A stretch of DNA of 64,000 bases from Balanoglossus misakiensis (lineage: Eukaryota; Animalia; Hemichordata): positions 14,290,304 to 14,354,303 of the forward strand of contig CM082578.2 of NCBI GenBank assembly GCA_040954595.2. The letters run 5' to 3'. The translations under genes and the position numbers were made by a program. Below, one piece after another: positions 52,796-64,000 of this stretch (positions are counted from its first letter, which is position 1; each line of letters begins with the position of its first letter). The notes under the pieces are model-generated. The model was not told the DNA's origin and did not search any database. It worked only from the letters and a program-made list of their open reading frames with translations.

Positions 52796-55493
52796 TTATC
52801 GCTTGTCGGTGGTATTTTTCTTCCTTCTTGGCGTTGGAATTGTCAAGAAAGTGACTTCATCACCTGATGAATAAAGAAAGTCGTCCAAGATACCACCAGA
52901 GCTAATAGTGGAATATGTCTCAGTCTTGTTCTTTGCCCGAAAGTTTCTCTTGTATGATGGCGAGGGCGCAACATCATTTCTATTCCTTAGGTTTGGTTTT
53001 GCGCTGAATACAGACGATCCCTTACACCTGGTGTTTTCTTTCTCACTGCTACTATTTTGATTTCTTTGGTGCTTTTGTTTATGCCTCCTCTCCCTGACAG
53101 TGTCTGGTCTCTCTGTCTCCTGGTCTGTGTCGTCACTACTGCTTGAGTAACTGTATTTCCTGTTTGGGGTCGCCGCACGTTTCTTCACATCGGAATCTCC
53201 ACTGCTAACGCTGTCAGAATCACTCAAGGGAACGACGCCATCCGAACTGTCAGAGGAAGTCCCATTTCTTGGGAGAATCGTTTTCCGTGCACTTCTCTCT
53301 TCTTTTTTCACTGACTGTGTATAAAGTGACAAATGACTTTGCAAAGACTTGTCTGATGAAAGCAATTTCAGTAGTAGTGGAGTCTTCAGCTGTGCGGCTT
53401 CGTCTGTACGAGAGGGCTCTCGCTGCTTTGCTGTAGACGCATGCCTGCCATCAATGCTTTGTGTTGGCGTATTGATGCTCACTCTTTTGAATGGAGACAA
53501 CAACTTGGACGGCGTCTGTGCATTTTCTGGGTTCTTCCGTTTTTTCGGTGTTATGGATTTGTGATCGATGGATTTCTTTGCGCTCGATGGGAATTTTTCC
53601 GAGGCTGTGTTCCTGACTGGCTTGTTTTTCTCTGATTTGAAGATGTGCATCTTGAGAGTTTCCTGAGAATGTCTGTGTTTATGATTGTCTGTCCAGTAAT
53701 CATCCTTTGTCCTTACCACAGTCATTTCACCGGGTGTGTTACAATCACCCTTCGTCCTTATCGCTGTTGTTTTATCGTGACCGGGGTCACTTTTGGTTTT
53801 CATACTGCAGCTACTCTGTGAGAAAGTCAAGACTTTTTCTTTCTGCCCATCTGATCTGGTGCATGCTGCAACATTCAGAACCCACTTCCTGCACCTTTCC
53901 AAGCGGTCCTTTTCCAGGGTTCGATTCACCACGCGTGGCCGGGGTGTCCTTTTGACTGGACCGCTCTTATTCGAGGCATTGTCACTGTCACCGTCATCAT
54001 CACAGCCTTTATTCTGTCGAGAGCTCACACCCACACTTTGAATGCTTGGTCTGATTTCACCAGATTTGACTGCGATGACAGGTTTTACGGGAACCTTCGG
54101 TGCTGTGAACTCACCCCATCCGTACAATGAGCTTCCCATTGACATTCGACGATCTGCATCCTGCTTGGGTGATGCTGTCCTCATTTTCGCTCTGTCCCGC
54201 CTCTGGTCGCTAGAGTCATGCCTGTGACTGTGTCGATGACCGGATTTCAAATGAAGCCCCTTTATGCCATCATGCTCAGCAACACTGAAATTTCTGTGCA
54301 GCGAAGCCCTGGAGACATCATTCCCCTCAGTCAGACAATCACTTTCCAACGTAGAGTTGAAACTTTTCCTTTCTAGTCTACCGCCTTGTCTTACATGTTT
54401 CATACGTGGCGAGTCATAGTTCAAATCATGACAGAGGTCAGAGTTCACTTGGTCATAAAGGTCAGAGTTCACACTTTCACAGGCACTAGAAGTCTGCTCG
54501 TCCTCGCCGCTGGAGAAGACGTCATCGTCAAAGGCATAACCATCATCTTCATAACCATACTTCCAGTGTGCAACAACTTCTTGGTGCATGTTGCAGGCAT
54601 CCACCAGTCTGCTCGTCTTCTTCAGCTTATTAAAATCCATACACAGTATGTCATCAGGTAGATCTATCGAGGTACAAAAGTTTGACACGTTCATGATTAA
54701 GGACAAGTGAAAGATCAGTTCCGCATCAAGTGGAAGTATTGCCTCTTGACGAGTCAAACCATTGTCAAAGACAAGAACATTGACTGAATACAAAAAAGCA
54801 TCAATGTCACTGTACATGTACTCCCATATGATCTATTTCATATAACATGTAGTTTGTAGTTTATATGGCATCTCCCCTGTCCATAGTAGTGACTTGCGTC
54901 TTACCTTGTAATCTTGATAGATCAGATGCTTGGCTGTCCAATTGCTTTGTGTGCTTTTCATATCTTGGTGATGTCACAGTCAAATCAATTTCAATATCCT
55001 CCTCCTCCTCCTCATCATCATCATCCTCCAAAGATTCATCATCTTCACTGAATGACCCTTCATCTTCACCTAAGCCTTCCCCCTGCAAGTTGTCACCTCC
55101 AAATTTTACAGTTTCCATGGTACTCAGCAGAATTTCATCATCATCAAAATCCCTGCCATACTAGAGAGGAAAACAAAAAATATTAGTCAACAAAATGAAC
55201 AAGTCAACCTTAAAGTTTGCTGCAGTTCAGTAGCTCGAACCCCCCCCCCCCCCCTCTACTGTCTATGGTTTGTGTTGCTCGCCATCATCTGTCTGTTGAC
55301 ACTATGACAGTTCCCGAGCGAGTATCAGTTGACACAAAAACGCCCACATCAGACATAATTTTCTCATTCGTCCTACCCTAGTTAATATGCTGTTCCACTT
55401 GTGCATAAAACTGGACTTCGATTTCCGTAGACGAGTCTCTAGCATGGAGTCGATCGTCGAACTCCTCACTGTGTTCGTACTCACGCCCGCCAT
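52796..55493 (-). CDS. Putative Scm3/HJURP-like CENP-A chaperone, ~746-786 aa; exons 55493-55377, 55160-54905, 54663 (or 54783)-52796
   Basis: The spliced N-terminus MAGVSTNTVRSSTIDSMLETRLRKSKSSFMHKWNSILTR|YGRDFDDDEILLSTMETVKFGG resembles the Scm3 domain. It is followed by an acidic tract and a long basic/Ser-rich region (673-codon ORF 52796-54817). The gene itself is well supported; the HJURP identity is inference. The exon 3 acceptor is ambiguous. Confidence 0.7.
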
Positions 55494-55571
55494 TTTGTTT
55501 TCAAATGTTAGCGGTAAACCGCACAGTGCGCCCTCTGGTACGCCCACTAGTTCGTGACGTCACTTTTAAAG
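55494..55571. promoter_or_regulatory. Compact bidirectional promoter (78 bp between divergent ATGs) with CRE palindrome, CHR-like element and CTCF-like motif
   Basis: The minus-strand ATG is at 55493 and the plus-strand ATG at 55572. GTGACGTCAC lies at 55554-55563, TTTGAA (minus) at 55500-55505 and ACCAGAGGGCGC (minus) at ~55527-55539. Both ATGs sit in a YY1-like AA(A/G)ATGGCG context. Confidence 0.75.
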
Positions 55572-58500
55572 ATGGCGCAGTCCTTGTCGGATGAAGAATT
55601 CCAGCGGCTGCAGGTAAATACATCACAAATATGATGAAAAAATACTGGGAAGTGATATTTTTCAAAGCAGACCACCACTTAGTGTTTTTAAGATCCTACA
55701 TAAATCGAAAGAAATGGATGACTTGGAAAATATCACGTAAATTAGCCGACTTACTGGGACTGTTTTGGTTTTGAAAATGACTGTGCTATGACTCGACTAT
55801 GTATTCTTACACGCTTGGCTTGGTTCCGTAGCTCGAGGTGTTGCCTGGTATTGGACCTCGAGTTACGGTACTGCTGCTAACGCAATTCAATGACACGATT
55901 CACACCTGACCTTTCTTGAGGTCATTTCAGGGTAAAAGTGGGCGTGGCACTTTATTGGACCAAGCAGCAGCTTCACCTTTTGGTGTTGACAATGTGTTGA
56001 CCTTTGACCTCGCAATAAGGTGACCATCCTCCTGCAATGGAAAGTGATGCTTTCAGAGCTAACCACCACCATTTAGCGTTAGGGCATTTTTGATTATCAT
56101 TGCCGTTTAACTTTATCAATCGTGTTTGCTTGAATTAACTTACAGTCTCTGCTTTGTAGACTGTGTATTTTCCTCTCCTAATTTTTTTCATCACATTGCC
56201 CGCAGAATCAACTGCTGGAACTCCGCACAGCAAATTATCAATTTGCTGATCAAAACAGACTACAGTCATCAGGTCAGTAATGGCTGGAATTACAGAGAAT
56301 TCAGTTAATATACATTTAAGTGTTTCCAACATATACCCTGCACGAGAACCAAAAAAGTTTTATGGCAGATATAGGAATCAGGAAATATTTTGTATTTGTT
56401 TGCACACATGTTCTTATACTATCTTCAAATTCTGAGTAAAGGCTGTGGTATTGAATGCCAGTCTTGAAGTTAGGTCAATCCATTGTGGAAAAATAACTCT
56501 ATATGCATAAGATATAGAATCTCTATCAGGAAACTTTTCCTGTGAATGACAAGATGATGTATGCATAATTTTACAAAGCAAATGTTATGACTTTTACAAT
56601 AGAGTTAACCAGTCTTCGGAATACAGTAGCTGCTCTTGAGAAAGACCTACAAAAAGCCACCAAGGTGAGTGTCAATATGGTACATGGAAAAGTAGGTGTA
56701 CTTCTTAGTTAGTGCTCAGAGAATGTGCACATGTGATGTGAGTCTTTGTGTCAAATGAAAGATAAGCTTGTGATATGACTTTGTGTATTTTGTATTTGTC
56801 ATTGTGATTTTGTTTCAGGTTTTGAGGTATAATGTAATTGGATTGATTAAAAAGTTTTAATCAACATTTTTTATTTATTCATTTTGATTTTCTTTTTGTA
56901 GGCAATCTCAAAGAGCAAGAAAGCACAGGAGTTTGAACTGTTATTGACTGAAAATGATCAACTTCAAATGAAGATGGTGGGTCAGGAGGATGACTTCAAA
57001 CTGCAGAACAGTACCATGATGCAGGAGCTTTCCATGGTGAGCTGTTATTCTCCCAACATTCTGACAAGACTTCCGTTTATACCAGTGGGAATCTTGACTG
57101 TTTCAACACACTTGCATTTTTTCCTGGCAAAACAAATAATAAGTATTTCTCAAAAATGATACATGAGAATTCTATCAATGAAGGTAGGATAGAATTTTAT
57201 ACATGACTGTAATGTCTCTTTTTCGCATATGTAAATACAGTTGTATGACAAGAATGAGAAACTGGAAAGGGAAAAGAAAGCATTGGAGGAAAGTCAAGGT
57301 CAAGATCATCAGGCAGAGATTCGCCGACTGCAAGCTACGAATACTGCTTTACAGAAAAACTTTGATGATTCGCAACAGAAATATCAAGACAAAGTGAACT
57401 CGCTCAAACATCAATTAAGGTTGGATGAAACAATGGAAGAGTCAAGAGGTAAATATTGAACATAAACTTTCAATTTGCTTTGTTGCAGTGTCCAATGTCT
57501 GAAACGTTGTACAGCTGGAAAATTATAAAATTGACATACATGTATATATTACCAAGCATGCAAGAATTAAAACCACAGCATACAAAAGTTCTACATTCAT
57601 ATGTTAAGCCATGAATTTGTTATTTTATTTCATCCTCAGACACCAGTAACTCAAGTGCCAGTGTCTCCCAGGTAAGAAATGTCATGTATACGTGTATAGA
57701 ATCCTACTGCAGATAATTGTTACATTCTTACTAACGAGATGAAAATGAAACTTCTCAAATACTTCATAATTTTTTTCTTCAGAATGAAGAACAGAGCAAT
57801 AAAATTGACCAAATGCTAAAAGAATTGAGCGGTAAGTTGGTGTTGGCTAAAATTTTATTGCATAATGCAACTCAGTGTGTTGAGTGCTTTACAAAGAAAG
57901 TTTGTGAATGTGATATGATGTGAGATGACAGAACAATGCTGTTTTCACAGTCGCTCCATACTTTATGTGTTGTGCTCAACATAACTAGTCTGTCCCACTG
58001 AAATCAGTGAAGTTAGTTTTAACGAGAATCAATGTCCTTGGTATGTCTGCATATATAATGTGTCTTTTCTTTGTAGAGTTGACATTGCGAGCTGATACTG
58101 AAAGAGAAGAAAATAAAATGTTAAAGGATCAGCTGGCTACACTTGAAGTAAGAACTCTAGTATTGATATTAGCATTATTGTAGACATTTTGAGGTGGAGT
58201 TCAACTGCATCTATTGGGTTGATCATATTGTACACAATTAGGACGTGATTGAGATCATAATCATGTTGATAACAGCTTGTATCCTGTTTTTCCCCTTAAC
58301 CTTGGATAGAAGCAATACCAGACAGAACATTCAAGTTCAACAACAGAACTCAGTAAGGTAGGTCTGCTTTGGAGGTACTGTCAGTGACAGGAAAGACATT
58401 TGGAAATCATGTCATTTTTAATTTGCAAGAGCCACACCATGATTTCAAAGTTGATATGTACACAGTTACACAAAATATGCAGAGGATTCCATTCATTGAT

Positions 58501-61500
58501 ATATTTCATTATTTTTTGTGGATGTTTCCAGTTACAAGAAAAACTCAAGAAGAAACAAGAAAGTTTTCTTCAGCTACAAAATGAGAAAGATGGATTGTAT
58601 GTAGATAACCAGTAAGTGTATTTTGTGTATTGATATACAGATCTTGTAGTGTTCAAGCATCTCAAATCAACAATCTAATTGAAGTTGTGATTATACCTTC
58701 TGATGCACTAAGTGTCACCCCAAGTAGTTTGATGTTGACACTGTCCCCAATTGTACATAGTTGAGGGGACAAGAAAGTGAGTTGAAAGTAACAACAGTGT
58801 CTCCTTGGTTTGCTTTGCTGTAAGAATTATGCAAGTGTACTGTGGGGGACATTTTGTTTAGCCTTTGTGGAAATGGAACATATCGTTGCAGTACATAACA
58901 CAGTCACATATCCCGATCAGGATGATAATTGATGTGAACTTGTCTTCCAGAAAACAATTAGAGGAACTGACAGCTGCAAAAGACAGAGAATTGAAGGTCA
59001 GTTCTTGAATGTATTTTGATTCAGCAATTGGTGTTCATCTGTATAATTTGAAAATATACTCAATATAGAATAGACCATGAAGGTTTTGTGTTATAGTTGC
59101 ATATCGTTTGTTTTGTGATCTTCATAGGTTTTAATTGAACAGAATGATAGGATTCAAGCAGAACTTACCAAGACCAGTCAAGTGAGTATTGTAGATACAT
59201 GAAAGTGGTGTTTTCTTTGAATGATCCAACAATCACAGTTCTTGTAGTTTATCCTATACATTGTTCCCATGGTTTACATCAATGCATATGATGTTTTTTT
59301 GTTCTTCCATTGACAGAGTTTTGATGTTTACCAAGACCAGCAGCAACAGAAAATACAAGATTTAGAAGCAACTATCCAAACATTGCAAACACAGGTACAG
59401 TATTGATGAACTGATATCACCACTGTCATAGTGTCCTGTATACCTTCAGAGAGACAGTACCGTAATTTACTAAAATCCTACCCTAATAAATTACATCCAT
59501 GTATAGAAGCAACGGTGAATCAGAAAAGAAAATTGGTGATATAGTTGTGGTGTTTATCTTCATTTGTGTTAAAGCCTTTCATGTAATATGCAGAGCTTTG
59601 TGCATACATGCAACATGTCAGTGCTGTAACTTTTCATGTACATCAAAGAAACAATTTATGATTTTTGAGTTTTTACCCATCCCAATTATCTTTTTTTTTA
59701 TCTTCCTCTCCTCTGCTTTTTCATTTCTTGTTTTGTCTCTAACTCTGTTTCTGCCATCTGCACGTGTTGTACCTCACTGTGTTCGATGTGCTGTCTGTCA
59801 TGGTATCTGTCTGGGTGTGTGTACCCACTGATAGGTGGATAGCAGTAGAACTGCCAGTAATGAGCAGCTCCAACAGTACTCGGCCGAAAACGCTTCACTT
59901 AAAACTGAATTAGACAACTTGAAAAAGGTAGGGAGTGCTGTGAGGGTCAGTACATTTTAGCACAGCACTCATTTTGTTTACTTTATGCTTTGGTGGTTTT
60001 TTTTGTTCAACTTTTGATTTCTGATTTTCACATAGGGAATAAAGATTGGTTCAGACACATTAGGCATGGTATAAAAAGCCTGCATGTGTAGAATAATGGG
60101 TCTGCATGCATGGTGCATGATTTATTTCTGCATTTACAATCACACACTCATCATTTCTATTTAATTTGTTCAAATTCAATTTGTTTTTTATATTTTTCTT
60201 TCTTTCTGCATGATAGCTTCATAATGCACAAACAGAAGAGTTAGATAGGTTTCAGGTCAGTATATACACTCGTTGCTGCTTTTGTTTATTTGTGTAGACA
60301 ATGAACATTGCTGATATTGGAGGCTGTACTGTCTTGGGTAGTTGGTTTTCCAGAGGCTAGCATTTCTGAACTTGTACCATTATGTTTGTGAGTCATAACC
60401 ATGCCTAGTCACATAATCATAATTTTAATTCTCGTGTTGAATGTCATTGATGGTTAGCAATTCACTATTCACACAGAATATCAACTCAGCATTGTCAGGT
60501 GAACTGCAGGCTCTGCAAGCTGCATACAACAGCCTTGTAGCGGAGAAGGAAGACCTGCAGTTTCAGCTAACCGAAGGAATCAACTCAAACAGCCAAGTCA
60601 TTGAACAGCTGCAACAAGTACAAGCGGAGAAAGAGACAGTTCTACAGGACCTGGCTGAGGCCAACAAGGTGAGCACTATTGCAATGCAATGAGCAATAGT
60701 CCAATATCTTCCATGTATTTTAAAATGAGTGTATACTATCACTAAGGTGAGCATTATGACAAGATTACTAGATATAAAAATCACACAAAATGGCAAACAC
60801 TGCCACATGGCTATGTTACAATCATTCAAAAGGATACCGCTCATGATGCAATTGACAGCACGTACTGCAGCCATGTTTGTCGTGCATGTAGCTGTGTTCA
60901 AGTTATAGCTTCCATGACATTGACATTATGTGAACTATTATTCATACATGTGGTTTTATTCATGTTTAGGTTGCCGAAAAGAGGAAATCCATGCTGGATG
61001 AAATGGCCATACAGATACAAACAACCAAACAACAACACACAGAACAAATCAACAGTATTCAAGACAATAACAAGGTTAACTGAAGTGTTTTTATCTTCCT
61101 TAAATCTGAACTTTTGTCACAAGATAGGTGTCCCCCTGAGATATGAATTGACCACTAGAGGGCAGTAAAGAAAGCTCAGTCACGTTTTGTGCCACAAGAG
61201 GGCAGTGTTGCCTACTACAAGTACAGATTTCAGTAAAAAATAGAAGTCCTTTTAACTCTCATTAATATCACATATTCAAGCTTTACATGAATGTGTAATT
61301 TTTGTGCGAAGGACAGGATAAACGGTGTTTTGGCATTATCCATTATGTACAGCATAAAGGACACATGTAAAGCAGTATAGCCTTTGCCACTGTAATAGAT
61401 CAATGTAATTTTACATGGACCAGTATGTGATTATTCAGGCTGATGGCATGTTGGACCCTGTACATGTACCATCTTGACCCTGTACATGTACAATCAACAT

Positions 61501-63346
61501 AGAGGTAGCATTATGATGCAGGTTGGCCAACTGAACTATAAAATGTGTGGCAGCCTCGGTGCTAATTTGTTTAAACTTGATTTGGTTGACCTTTGTAATC
61601 ACTATCAATGTCTGAGAATAGAGAGTAGAACTCGAGCTCTTTCCAGTGTCTGTGGCATGAGTAAGGAATGAATGGGGATTTTGGTTTTCTGGTTTATGGG
61701 TCAGGTGTCAGTGGTAAATGGTCTATTTTCTTGATGATTTCTTCTGTAGAAAGAACAGGACAGTTTGCGAGAACAGCTGCAACAAGAAGTGGTAGGTTCA
61801 TTCGAAACTCAAATCTTCTTACTTGCATCATCATTTCCAGAAAATAATGTAAACCTGAATTCTATAAATTGAAATAGATATTCCCTCCCAAGCTTAACTT
61901 GGTAGAACAATTCTCAGAGTTATAGAGCAACACAGGGGTTCAGTAACTAATGATTCTTGCTGCTTCTTTTTTATTAGAAAGAAAAAAAGGCCTTGGAAGA
62001 GTTCCGTGATAAGGTGCCTGAGTTGGAGAGCCGATTGGCATCCACAGAAAACGCAAAGGGATGGTTTGAAAGAAGTTTGGCAGAGTCAGAGGTTGGTGGT
62101 GTTCATTTTTTTTTTATCAGGCTTTATAATTTGTGTTCTGTAATGTTATGTTTTATCTCATATTTAATGTTAGATGTAATTAAGATTTTCCTAGTCTATA
62201 CTTTAAACATCAATAAAATGTGATCTCTCCCAGACGTAAGTTTTGATAAAGAAATGAAAATCATGTATGCACAGCATGAGAGAAAGAGAGAGTAAAAAAC
62301 AGGCAAATAGTTTGCAAGTGTATTAAATTTGATGGGAATAGAAAAAAGATGTGAGTAATCGCTTTTCTGTGAATTGAATTTCTGAACAGCTATCAATAAA
62401 CAGCGTTTCCAGAAGTGATAGACTCATTCATCACTGTCATCTCTGACAAAGTAATCTGTACATTTGAATAAATGAATAAAAGAAAACATAAAAACCAATT
62501 GTGTTTCCAAATCAATCATTTCTTGATGTTTCTGTGCGCCATAAAAACCATGTTTGGATGACCCAGCCACAAGAATATGCAGGAGAGGGCGTGTCAGAGT
62601 TCATAATGTCACATCTTGTGGAGGGCATTGTTGTATAATCACTGCAAATAAAGTCAATGGAAAGGTGTTATACCATAACCTGTCTGTATTTTTAGAAGTT
62701 TATATCAGGAGATATTTGTGAAGGCCATCTGTGTAAAACTCTAGCACTGGGCTATTAAATCAAATGTATCCAGATGTTACTTTATTATGATGTTTGTCCC
62801 AGCGATATGCATCCCCAGTCACTGAGACACAGATACCTATCCATAAATCCAAATGTTATTTTTAGAAGTACATGTATTTTCTAATTACCATCATGATAAA
62901 ACATGCTAATTGGAACTGGAAACTGGAAAACATGCACGCTTGGTTAAAACTTTCTTCTATAATATCTTGCTGCAGGAAAATTTGAAACAGAAGGAAGAGG
63001 AACACAAAGCAGCAATAGAAGAAATGAAGATTGAGCATGCCAAGGATATCGAGGTAACTTTTAATTAATACTCAAAAAGAGAGGTCAATAATTGGGATAA
63101 AAAAGACGCTAAGTTGGGATAAGTGTTTGAACAATGAGAGTGGGTTTGTGTCTTGCTCTCTCAAAAGTGAGCCATTCTCTTCAGCAAGTCAAACAGACAG
63201 ACTTATATGTTTATAGGTGTAATTTTTGAAGTTTGGTTTTCTTTTGTCAGGAAAAGGATGCCAAAATAGAAGAAAAAGATGTCGAAATTCAAAGTTTTTT
63301 GAACCAGTTAGATGAGAAAGAGAAGGAAATTGAGCAAGCGAAACAG
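55572..63346 (+). CDS. GRIPAP1: GRIP1-associated protein 1 (GRASP-1), 3'-partial; exons 55572-55613, 56206-56272, 56603-56664, 56902-57036, 57241-57448, 57640-57671, 57783-57831, 58077-58147, 58310-58357, 58532-58611, 58951-58996, 59128-59181, 59317-59394, 59835-59927, 60217-60255, 60477-60668, 60970-61074, 61750-61791, 61978-62091, 62976-63053, 63251-63346
   Basis: [26 protein letters not shown]...ELTSLR...[74 protein letters not shown] and [12 protein letters not shown] match recalled human GRIPAP1. The 21 exons are phase-consistent and the gene continues beyond the last exon found. Confidence 0.92.
61149..61208 (+). promoter_or_regulatory. Tandem pair of CTCF-like motifs in a GRIPAP1 intron
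   Basis: TGACCACTAGAGGGCAGTA (61149-61167) and TGCCACAAGAGGGCAGTGT (61190-61208) match the CCASYAGRKGGCRS consensus in the same orientation, ~40 bp apart. Confidence 0.55.
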
Positions 63347-64000
63347 GTAAGACAAAATAAAGGTAGGAACAGTCCGGGGGTGCAATCAATATGAGAGTGA
63401 CAAGAAAACAGGCTGTATGTACATTATCATTTGTTAACATTCTGTTTTAACTCCTGAATATGTTGTTTCATTTCTGGCCTAAAATATTTATGTAAAAATA
63501 AAAACAATAATTAAAAATGTGAAAAATAAATTTCAAGTATTCTACAGTCTTGTTTTTCTGCATCAGTGATGTGATAGTTCTCTGGCATATTATATATGCT
63601 GGTTAGTGCCCCTACCCAAGTACTGCATCCGTAGATCAGGGTGTAATCATAAATTATTGGATTGCACTAAAAACATACATAATAGTATATTGAAATAAAT
63701 CAGAATTCAGTATCACATATTTTTTCAGAACAAAGATGATATGGTTTGATTGAGCACACGAAAAGTTGTCCATTATATTTCGGCTTAACTTTAAAAATTA
63801 CTATAAAATCTTTATAAATTGCACATTTTCTATGCAATTGCATTGCACTAATTGTTTCTTGAGCTGGTTAATTTGACCCTGAGGAAAATGAAAACTCTGG
63901 AGCTAATTGTTCTTGGTGAAATCTGTGAATTTGAAAAAAAAAGAACCGGTGAATTATAGCACTTGCATCAATTTGATGGAATTAAATTCCAGTGAATATT

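Noticed and set aside
1-64000. CRISPR arrays, prokaryotic defence systems, rRNA/tRNA, autonomous transposons
   Set aside because: No regularly spaced repeats, structural RNA signatures or transposase/reverse-transcriptase ORFs were seen; the sequence consists of spliced animal genes.

Overview
Eukaryotic, intron-rich, AT-rich animal genomic DNA, probably from a marine invertebrate (taxon is inference only). No rRNA, tRNA, CRISPR or prokaryotic operons were seen. Six spliced protein-coding genes were rebuilt by hand from GT-AG junctions with consistent phases. (1) The 3' part of a FAM107-family gene (+, to 4685). (2) A complete FRMD4A/B-like FERM gene (+, ~8095-37586). (3) An opsin with intact Lys296 (+, 40780-43118). 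(4) An uncharacterised ~1200-aa death-fold protein (myristoylation-like start, Q-rich, DED, TRADD-N/SEA-like, coiled coil, C-terminal death domain) behind a promoter with two NF-kB sites (+, 45565-51443). (5) A ~750-790-aa gene with an N-terminal Scm3/HJURP-like CENP-A-binding motif that is visible only after splicing (-, 55493-52796). (6) The 5' part of GRIPAP1 (+, from 55572), head-to-head with gene 5 across only 78 bp. Several MITE-like inverted-repeat elements and CTCF-like motifs are also present. The most interesting candidates are the Scm3/HJURP-like gene and the NF-kB-linked DED-DD adaptor. All family assignments rest on recalled motif similarity, not on database searches.
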